DNA of 62,160 nt, counting the filler, from Choristocarpus tenellus KU-1152 (Eukaryota > Protista > Phaeophyceae): NCBI GenBank assembly GCA_964200185.2. It is 12 parts of 12 records of this genome, joined end to end, with 100 filler letters (N's around TTAATTAATTAA, not from the genome) between each part and the next. Parts side by side here need not be neighbours in the genome. Positions count along the whole stretch, not along the records: positions 44,612 to 56,640 come from CAXNAD020002020.1; positions 56,741 to 59,461 come from CAXNAD020025322.1; positions 59,562 to 62,160 come from CAXNAD020026394.1; 9 more parts are not named here. One strand, written 5' to 3'. Positions 52,501 through 62,160 of the stretch are shown here, one piece after another. The stretch's first letter is position 1; every line of letters starts with the position of its first letter. The notes beneath the pieces were generated by a model, which saw nothing but the letters and a program-made list of their open reading frames with translations, made no database searches and was not told the origin of the DNA. The translations under genes and the position numbers were made by a program.

Positions 52501-52605
52501 TCAAGAACGTAGCACATGCTGCCTGGTCAAAAACGGACGCCGGCACCCCCCCCAGTTACTTTGACCATCTGATCAGAAAAACTCAGTCACCCATGTACAA
52601 GTACC

Positions 52606-53671
52606 TCAATCAAATTCAGTATCTGCATTCATTACAGGCATGTAGTAGGTTAATGTACCTACACCCTGTGGTGAGAGGATCACATGAAGAACCAGAGAGT
52701 ACCTGGTGACATTTCCAAGAAAAAAAATGCACAAAAAACCCAGGGGTAATGAAGGTGAGGGCGATGTTTAGGTTCAGAATGGGAATAGTAAAGGTAGGTT
52801 GGTGACTCGTACTAGTGTTGAGGGAATTTAAAGCCAACTGCTCAAGAAACTTGGGGTTTTAGACGTTAGTCATGGTGCATCTATTGGCATGATGAGAGGT
52901 AGGGAAGTACACACAAATTTGGATTGATGAAGTATATGCATACTTTGATGCGCACACAATGAGGCGAAGTAGTGTGTTCTATGAGCGGTTAGGTAAAGGC
53001 AGGCAGCAACATAAATCCATTGCAGTGACGGTAGGGCCATGGTTCGATCAGACTCAAGCAAGCACCTTGTTCGGCAGAAAGATGCAAAGCAACACATGGT
53101 GCACACAGGGTCATCACGATTACTCCAGCGTGTTACTTGTGATTGCAATCCTTGGCGCAGCAAAAAGACATCAAAACTGTACTTTTGCATTCATGTGCAA
53201 TCCGTACAAACGCCGCTTGATGGGAAACATTGAACAACTTCTACCGCATCGTCCTTCACCTCACCATTTCGTCCACAGATGTCCCCACTTTACCCTCCCC
53301 GACTCCATGTTGACCCCCCTCAAAATTTCTCATCCTGACCATGTCAAACAGACCTGTGACCCTTCTTGGTTGCACACTCTCCTCCACCTTCCAGATATTC
53401 CCTATCTGCTACCAATGCACCAAACATTGCATAACAAAAGACATGCCATTTCCCACCTAACACCTTGCCTTGCTAAAATTCCCATCCTGTATTCACAGGT
53501 CTACACTGTACCTACCACCTGGAACATTCTCTTACAACCTTTACACAATTCCCCCTGCCCCACCCATCTCTCACCCTCCAATAATACAACAGATTGCCTT
53601 CTCAAAGCGAAGCGCATACATCGACAGCACTGATGCCAGCTTCTTGACATCAACCTGTTACGGTGAGGGGT

Positions 53672-53705
<34 letters not shown>

Positions 53706-54336
53706 GGACATCTCAGAAGGGGTAGAGGAGAGACCAAGACTCATCCCCAGCCTGAGATTAATAGCTCACTACGAAATGGTAATCATTATGGCGGGGGAGG
53801 GGGGAGAGACAGGTAAGGGGTGGACCAGGGCAACAGTATAGTACATTGCTCCTTGTATTTCATTTAGATATAGCAGATTTGTTAGGTTAAGGAGGATTAT
53901 CATTTTTTTCATACATTATGGTTAACGTGAAAGTTCTCGCATAGATACACTGTAGGGAGTATATGATATCCCGAAATACAGATGGTGAAGATTGAGCCCA
54001 ATACAAACCAACCTGGAAGGTACACACACACACACACACACACATGTATGAGAAAAGAAAGAGGGGGTGAGAGAGAGTGGGAGCGGTAGGGCACAGAGTT
54101 TTTCATATGCCCGGTGATAACTCTACCTCAGCAACTGCGGGGGTACTGTGGGCAAGAGATGACCATCCTAACCTATCTTTATCTCTTCCTGTTATCACCT
54201 ACTCTAGAAGCATAGGAGTTTTCCCCTTGTTTGGGTCTCAATGGGCAAGGCAAAAAAGATTGGGACTCACTTTGACGCTGGCCTGATTTCGACGACACTG
54301 TTGCTCATCCATCGACTCTGAATAGGAGGCAGGAGG

Positions 54337-54374
<38 letters not shown>

Positions 54375-55294
54375 GAGAGCAGCAGGCAACAGCATCAGTC
54401 AGGACCAACTGTGATGCTGTGAGGGGAACAATAAAGCATGTGCATGGGCCAGGAAGGCATGGGTGACAGAAGAAGGTGCTCTGAGGGGTCCAAGCAAAAT
54501 AAAAGGTAATGCGTTGAATACTGTCGAGTGTTTCCTTGCTTGAAGATAAGGATAACCTGTGTGCGCAACTCTAGCGCTGCTTATTGGCCCCTTGCTTTAC
54601 CTTTTGTTCTGAATGATATCACCATGTCTACATGTGCTTGGAACACAAACTGTCAACCCAATCCCTCCAACAATACACACACACATATATATACATGTGA
54701 CTCCCCATGATAAATGTTCTGTTCTCTCCTCCAGACTTGTTTCATGTATTGTTCCTAGCCACCTCAACAAGGAGCAATATTACTACATTGTCACCATCCA
54801 TTTCCCAGAAGAGTTTCAACTTGAGAGTGTGCATTCCAACTCAACAAGTGTGACCCAGCTGTGACCGACTCTACATAGCAAATGACAATTTCAACAACAC
54901 AAAAAATACAGTAGTAGCACATGAACAGGCATACAGGGTGTGTTCATCTACATCTCTAAGACAAGGAAGGGGCAAGAAGGATGGACATACTTATACACAC
55001 TACCTGTGAAAAAAGCAAGAATGTATTCCTTCAGTTGTGAGGCAAGAAGGAGAGACCTTCTTCAAAGTTGTGAAGCGGTAATAAACGGCTATTGTACATC
55101 TGGTTTGTGCTGATATGCATAGAGGCAGCCCCTCTCGCTGTGCTTTTGCTCACCAAATCTGGGTGTGAGGTTTGTGTAGTATGTTTTGATTGTAGCATCC
55201 GCCTTCTCAACTCTTGTTCATCACCAGAGGAACGCAATCATGTTGTACCCACCACAAGTCAGCCAACAAAGGGTTTGAGGGCAGGGTGTGGGAG

Positions 55295-55336
<42 letters not shown>

Positions 55337-56376
55337 GGGAAGGAGGTTTAGCTGATCGCCCAACAGAGTACACAGGACGGCAAATACGAAAAAAACGTAA
55401 CAAACATAGCATGGCCGTACACAAAACAAACTTGAGTATATTGGGTGCCGACACAACAATTGACACGTACAGAATGGTCGAGTGCTGCGGCAGATCAGTC
55501 AGGCGTGATTCTTGTTCTCAAGATCCAAAAGTTAACAGTTGAACAGATGGAAAATGGCAGCGATTCCTACACAAAACTCCATCAGAAAAAGTACAGTGCA
55601 TCACAGCCGTCACGAAAAGGTTTATCGAAGTAACTGTGAGTACTAGAGCCTCCACGGTTGGTACACAAGCGTTCCTAGTACTCGTAGTTAGTACACAAGC
55701 GGTCCTAGTACTTGCAGTTAGTACACAAGCGGTCCTAGTACTCGCAGTTAGTACACAAGCAGTCGTAGTACTCGTAGTTAGTATACAAGTGGTCCTAGTA
55801 CTTGTAGTTAGTACACAAGTGGTCGTAGTACTCGCAGTTAGTACACAAGCGGTCCTAGTACTCGCAGTTAGTACACAAGTGGTCCTAGTACTCGCAGTTC
55901 GTGCACAAGCAGTTCACGGTACATACAAGCACAAAGTAAAGTTACAACAGAAACCACGCACTTGTCCACTCTCACAATGCATTCGCAGAACAACAACGAG
56001 CAAAAGAGAAAAAAAAGTCTTCGAGCTCTCTACACAAACAACTTGTAACTGTGGTATTGACGAGACCGACCGATCGGCCAAAAATAAAATAAAATAATAC
56101 TGTACAACACAACAGATCGTACTCCGCGGCCACGGTGTCAAGAGGAACAGGTTCTACCTACGTCCCATCAAGTCTGCACTCAAAAGAGACCAAAACGCTT
56201 TTGCTGAGGCGTTTTCCTGTATTGCCACTAAATCGCTGCCCGAAAGTATCCCCTGTGATCTACCTGAAAACAAGCTGTCCGCCCATGTCGGCATCCACAA
56301 AGAGTATTTTATCGATGCCTTTCATGCGGTCGATCACCGTGCGCAGGGATCGGTTGCGGGGAATCTCCAGCTGAAC
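52606..56376 (-). CDS. HUS1: Checkpoint clamp protein HUS1 (9-1-1 complex), 3' part
   Basis: In-phase exons 56264-56376, 55154-55212, 54271-54317, 53575-53654, 52606-52702: VQLEIPRNRSLRTVIDRMKGID...VEKADATIKTYY...VKVDVKKLA...AICCII...LVLHVIL...GTLTYYMPV...*. Confidence 0.88.
55661..55910. repeat. 30-bp minisatellite (~8 copies) in a HUS1 intron
   Basis: Unit gtacacaagcggtcctagtactcgcagtta. Confidence 0.95.
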
Positions 56377-56640
56377 CTGGCACACGTACGAAGGCAGTCA
56401 TTACCCCCCCCCAAAAAAAAAAGAAAAAAGAAAAGAAAGAACAACACAGTTGCATGCATGCATACAGTACACACACACACCGAGTTGACATTGAGAAATC
56501 CCAAAACGTTGCGAACAGCATGTCAGAGCGCTTTGTATTGAGAGGTGAGCGCCCGAGTCATGTTGGGGGGGGGGGGGGGGAAGCTGAGTTGTAGCAGAAA
56601 ATTAAGGGGGGGGGGGGGGGGGGGGGAAGGGGGGGGGGGG

Positions 56641-56740
56641 NNNNNNNNNNNNNNNNNNNNNNNNNNNNNNNNNNNNNNNNNNNNTTAATTAATTAANNNN
56701 NNNNNNNNNNNNNNNNNNNNNNNNNNNNNNNNNNNNNNNN
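56641..56740. other. Artificial contig linker
   Basis: N44-TTAATTAATTAA-N44. Confidence 0.98.
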
Positions 56741-57220
56741 TTGTGTGTGGGGTGAGGGGGTTGGGGCTGTGGGATTGGGGGGAAGAAGTGGGGGGGGGGG
56801 GTAAAACTTTGAAGTAAATTTGAGAATGGGATTTTAAATTGTTTTGGTCTGTTGTTTTACCTGTAGAGCTCCAGATGTTTGTTGCTGAGAAATAAAAATA
56901 ATATTGGATTGCAGACAATGGGACCACGTGCATTGGGTATATAGATGCTCTTGTACTTGGTGTGGCTTGGTAGCAACCAGAGCCTATGTGGCATAGTAGT
57001 GTCTTCATATGTTGAGTCATCTTCTTCATTGTAGCGCAAACATCTCTTGTAGTAGTTAGTAGTCTAGTTCTAACCTTCATCCCATCCCCCGGGTACACTA
57101 TCACATACAGGGACTTCTTTGACAGGAGTTGGAATGACCATCATCTTGTCGTTTTTTATAATACTTGGTTGGCAGTTGTTGACTTGTTTGTTCTGTGATA
57201 CACACCTCCAACGTACTTAG

Positions 57221-59227
57221 GAGTGGATCCGATTGATGATCAAGGAAATTTCTGAAGGCAAACTGAGAGACACTGTCGAAGGTGAGATCCCTAACCCTAA
57301 CCCTAACACACTCTTTAGTATATACTCCCTCTCTGTCCCGTAATTCTGTTCCTTTATGCATGTACCTCTTCAGGATGACCTCCGATTTCAAAAACGGATT
57401 TTTGCATTGGATTCGTCGGAATATATATATTTTTTTCTTACGTAAGATGAGTTATATTTTCAAGTATAACTTGAAAAGATACATCCTGAAATTGTTCTGA
57501 ACATATGGAAGAGAGGTTATAGGTGGGCATAGGCCCACAAGAAGGCACTGAATTGTTGTTTTTTAGTGAAGGCGAGAAAAGCTATTCTAATGAAAAAAAA
57601 AAAAAGGGGTCAAGAATCCAATGCAAATATACACTTTGAAATCGGATATCATCCTCAAGTAGTATAGCAGAGGAATGGTGTAAGACATGATAGTATGGTC
57701 AGCATGTATATAGATACATACATACGCATTTTTTTGTCTGAGAAACTCATTGTGGTACTATGGTGTAGTGCAGTTGATTATAAGTGATTATAATTGAACT
57801 GTTGGGAATGTTTGTGGTACCATGGTGCATGAAGGGTGGGGTAATAAGTTGGGATGCTAGATTACTTGCTGTATACGTGTACATACCATAGTAGAGGAGT
57901 GCTGAACAAGTCGGTTAATATGGTGTGTACACCACCTGTATGAGAGAAACATAGGAACCCTCTAAAAAAAAAATGTTTTTATTTTTTGAATCTTGGATTC
58001 GAAACGGTGAGTTGAAAGAACAGTTCAAAGAACAGTTGATGTGGAAAGGGAAGGGGAGGGGGAAGGGGAAGGGGAAGAAAGAAAAGTGCTCAAGTGAGGA
58101 TGCAAAGAAGAGGGTGTGTGTGTGTGTGGTTTGGAAGTTGATGATGTTAGTAGAGACTGACTGCAGTGTTTGTACCACGAGAAATGTTTAGATCACATTA
58201 CATTAGTCCACTGTTTTTTTTAATGTGATCTGTTACGAACAAATTTTACGATTGGATTGAATAGCTCATTTTGTTCTTCGCTGTGTTGTACCATATAACA
58301 ATAATATAGATTTCATATTATGCCCGTTCTTGTCAAATGTATGTACTATCATCGCTTGTACCCTATGAGAGGATATATTGCAGTGTACCTTCCTTTTCTG
58401 GTGTTAAGGTGGTACAATAATATTGTATTATTGTATAATCAATAACAAAAAAAATCCCATCATCACTCCACCTTCCATGTACACAGTAGTGACTACCGTG
58501 GTAGATCAGGTGTGATGGAGTATAACATTCATTAGATACAAGCTCCCTTTCTACTAAATAGTATTGATGTTGTCTCTTCCAGTGTACACACCCCCTCCAC
58601 CCCCCTCCCATCCAAACTTTGTTCTTGATCCCATGGAATACCCCCCTCCCCCCCTCCCCGGGATGCGTAATCTGGTTTGTATCCCAGCGGATTGGCTGTT
58701 TTTGGATAAGGCGTTTGCGAATGAGATGAATGTTCTCATTAAGTGTACTGATGATGCATTTGGTCGGATGATGTGGAGGGAAGGACTGCACTCGGGCTTC
58801 TTCACTATGCAGATACTGAGGGACTCCTACAGGTTGGGGTTGATCTCCAGGATGGTATTTATTTTATCTACAGCTGGGTAGTAACATGTCAGGGGAGAAT
58901 GTTGATTGATTGGTGGGATGTATGACACTAACTGAGTAGAGTGCCTTCAATAATCCCCTGTGTTTTTGTTGGATGGAACATGTCTAAACCAGCATGCACT
59001 TGCATCCAAATATCTCTTAACAAATGTACACACGCCCTAACCCTAACTGCAACCCTATCCCTAACCCTATCCCCCTGCTTTGTGTGTGTGGTGGCTTTGA
59101 AGGGACTGGTGTGGGAGGACAGGGACACCTATGCATGCGGCATTGTTGATGCGATTTATGCATATGCAGACTGTGATCTTGACTCCTGTGTGCCCTCACT
59201 TTGCAGAACACACTTGGGCTCTCCTTG
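57221..59227 (+). CDS. LARS1: Cytosolic leucyl-tRNA synthetase, internal exons
   Basis: In-phase exons 57221-57281, 58688-58832, 59103-59227: EWI...LR...FLDKAFANEMN...WREGLHSGFFTMQILRDSYR...MHAALLMRF...LTPVCPHFAEHTWALLG. Confidence 0.92.
57369..57659. mobile_element. Intronic MITE with ~45-bp imperfect TIRs
   Basis: cttcaggatgacctccgatttcaaa...tttgcattggattc is mirrored by gaatccaatgcaaa...tttgaaatcggatatcatcctcaag. Confidence 0.75.
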
Positions 59228-59461
59228 GTGAAAGTGGTAAAAATAATAATGATAAATCCTCTTTTACTGTTATTTTGTTTCAATAGCCCTATCCCTGATA
59301 CAACTGTCTTCTCTGGGTGTATGGTTTCTTGATTGGAAAGTGTTTTTTGTTGGGCTACAGGGGATTTTGGTGTTCATTACAAAAAATGGAGGAGTGCATT
59401 TGCCCTGGGGGGGGGGGGGGGGGGGGGGGGAGGTGGGGAGGGACGACGGTTGCACCCCCAG

Positions 59462-59561
59462 NNNNNNNNNNNNNNNNNNNNNNNNNNNNNNNNNNNNNNN
59501 NNNNNTTAATTAATTAANNNNNNNNNNNNNNNNNNNNNNNNNNNNNNNNNNNNNNNNNNNN
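59462..59561. other. Artificial contig linker
   Basis: N44-TTAATTAATTAA-N44. Confidence 0.98.
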
Positions 59562-60085
59562 CTCCCGAATCCAAATTCGATGTCATTTTGAAAGCAGAGG
59601 ACCGAATGGGCGGGGGGTGAGATTCTGTCTTGTAGAAGGGTCAAAATGGTGTATAGTTTTTTTTAATTTACTAGTATGAATGGGATGAGTGATGAAAAGA
59701 AGAGTTTTTGCAATGGGTACGAGTTGTGCTCGTGTGTAGGACCTCTCTTTTTTTTGAAGTTTCTCCTGCGAGTAGAGGCGTTTGGGCGATCATCACACCG
59801 CTTTTTTTAATTCTTTTTTAGAGTTGTACCGTTTCATTAGTTGGGGCTAGACTAGAGTGTGTGAAAAGTAAAGGTAGGAGGCCCCTGAAAAGGCCTCCCG
59901 AATCCAAATTCGATGTCATTTTGAAAGCAGAGGACCGAATGGGCGGGGGGGTATTGGATTGGCAGTTGACTCTATTTTTTGTTGTGTCTTAACCTTTGAA
60001 ACTCTATTTTTGATGATTGATTGTTTGTTTCGATTCATTTTGAACGGTGAACGGACTCTCGTTGACGCATTCATTGCTTCTACAG

Positions 60086-60746
60086 CCGGAGGCGTTATTG
60101 CAGATTGATGGACTGCCCAAGGACGGTGAAATGGTCCTGGATAGCAATCTGTGGATAGTGAGGGAGAGGGGAGACCTGTGTACCTCTGATGAATGCATTT
60201 ACAAGGTATGTATATATCTGTCTGCAGTAGGGTTGGCTACTGCACAGTTTGAACTGGCTCTATTAAAAAAAAACATTTTTAGTACTGACACAGAATATGT
60301 ACGTCATTCAAGATTTGGCAATGCCTCTTTTTTTATTAGTATTATCATTTTTAGTATTTTTATTTTATACTTAGCTACATCGTTTTTCGGAGTGTACTAG
60401 GACAGGCTAAACGTGTTAGCATATGTAAGCTATTGTCTAAATCAAATACTATACTATGTTCAATATCGATAGTATCGATACTTTTATTATTATTTTTTAC
60501 TAGTACGATTAGTTGTGTCTGTAATTACACTTTACAACCTCATTGATACATAATACATACGTACGTGCCTACGCCTCTCTCAGGACGTGAAAACCTCTTT
60601 TTCGAGTCGGCGTCACTTCCACTCTACCTGCGAGCACCGGCATCAGGAGGGACCCAAGGCGGGGATGCGTTTTCACCACCACCAACTGGAGAAGATTCAG
60701 AAGCACCAACGGGCACACATCCGTCAGTTACAGAAGAAAACCCCAA
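60086..60746 (+). CDS. Two internal exons of an unidentified gene
   Basis: tacag|60086-60205|gtatgt (PEALLQIDGLPKDGEMVLDSNLWIVRERGDLCTSDECIYK) and ctcag|60584-60746|gtaaga; no family recognised. Confidence 0.55.
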
Positions 60747-60869
60747 GTAAGACGGACAGGCAGTTTGGAAAAAAATAAATAAAAAATAATATTATCTTTG
60801 CTACTGGCATTGGCATTGAAATCGACATTACCTTTTCTATATAAACATGTATAGTTACATATATTTATA

Positions 60870-60906
<37 letters not shown>

Positions 60907-61616
60907 GTGTGTGTTATTATTTTTATTTTTTTTAGTGTTTGTTCCTGTGGTGGTTGGAGAATGACCACCGGTGGTGAGATGTTGGGAGGGTTAGGGTTAA
61001 GGTTAGGGTTTATTTTTTATTTTTGATAGTTTTTTTGTGCCGATGCGATGGAGGATATGTAAAATGAACAGGTTATCTATAAATCAGTGGATGCTCAAAA
61101 AAAAAAATGCCCCTCCTTACAAAGTTCAAGCGTTGTTTAAATCAATATATATATACATGTATGTATATGCATACATATATTCTTGGATATTTGAGTAATA
61201 ATATTAATAATATAAATATTTAGTGTTGCAATTGGAAATAACTCTGGGGTATGTTGTGTTTGTTCAAACCAAAGTGAGTATTGTTCACTGTTGTTACATT
61301 CATTTTCTTGATATTGATCTGGGAGTTCCCATGACCGTGGTCAGAAGGCATATTCAAGAGAAGTCGAATAGGACGCCGCTGCTTAATCTATAACAAGTAC
61401 TATATAAAAAGAAGAAAAAAAAAGAGTGTGGGGGGGTCTGAGAATAAAGAATAAATAATAAATAATAAAGACATGTTAAAAAATGAAGTGAATTATGCAG
61501 CGTGCGCCCTGTATGTTAGGGCTAGGAAATGATTTGTATCGTGGGGAGGTCTTTTTTAGTTATGATCTTCATTATTTTAATAGTGTTGGATTTGAATGGA
61601 TTGACTCGATTCGCAG

Positions 61617-61987
61617 ACATTGAAAAGAAGAAATAGTGACCGTAATATAGAACATTGAAAGAAGGAATAGTAACTGTTGTATGGAACATTGAAAGAAGGA
61701 ATAGTAACTGTTATATGGAACATTGAAAGAAGGAATAGTAACTGTTGTATGGAACATTGAAAGAAGGAATAGTAACTGTTGTATTGAACATTAAGAGGAG
61801 AAATAGTGACTTTAATATAGAACATTGAAAGAAGAAATAGTAACTACAATATAGAACATTAAGCGGAGAAATAGTAACTACAACATATAGAACATTAAGA
61901 GGAGAAATAGTAACTACAACATATAGAACATTAAGAGGAGAAATAGTAACTGCAATATAGAACATTAAGAGGAGAAATAGTAACTGC
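61617..61987. repeat. 33-36-bp minisatellite (~11 copies)
   Basis: Unit like gaacattgaaagaaggaatagtaactgttgtatg, drifting in sequence along the array. Confidence 0.93.
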
Positions 61988-62160
61988 TTGTATACTTCTT
62001 TGCTTGGACACATACATCATTGACCATTTTGATGTTCTATCTAGTATTAACTGTTCACCAGGCTGACTTGTCTATGTAGAGAGTCAAAGCAACTGATGGG
62101 GGGGGGGGGAGGGGTTGCCACTGATTTTCAAGGGTCCCTATGACCTTCTGGTCTTACAAG

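Noticed and set aside
52959-53633. 224-aa plus-strand ORF
   Set aside because: Antisense to HUS1 intron and exon sequence, with no recognisable domain; likely a decayed repeat.
55636-56097. VLAVSTQAV repeat protein
   Set aside because: Translation of the 30-bp intronic minisatellite.
59562-59950. 57-bp direct repeat ~333 bp apart as LTRs
   Set aside because: No TG...CA ends, PBS or PPT; more likely the edge of a tandem duplication at a contig start.

Overview
This window is not one locus. It is 12 short eukaryotic contigs joined by eleven artificial 100-bp linkers (44 N + TTAATTAATTAA + 44 N), so adjacency across linkers carries no meaning. Genes have many short exons and long GT-AG introns, two carry bipartite plastid-type presequences, and short TTAGGG tracts are scattered throughout. 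This points to a photosynthetic stramenopile, most likely a brown alga (inference). Host genes reconstructed by eye from splice sites: a complete 5-exon plastid CPFC glutaredoxin head-to-head with a plastid RNase II-like gene, plus partial NUDCD2-like, HUS1, cytosolic LeuRS, POC5-like, CPRAS1/Sec23-24-like, USP-like and HSPA12-like genes. The remainder is decayed mobile DNA (Copia, pogo, a transposase pseudogene, several MITE families), minisatellites and a 2.6-kb foldback palindrome. The most notable items are: (1) a Rickettsiales-like glyS-sua5 operon junction inside a host intron; (2) an intron-containing gene with a ParB/sulfiredoxin-like DGNHR domain; (3) a fossil Polinton-type protein-primed DNA polymerase; (4) a 63-bp minisatellite that multiplies an exon's 5' splice site into tandem GT...AG units. 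All homology calls come from motif recognition, not database searches.
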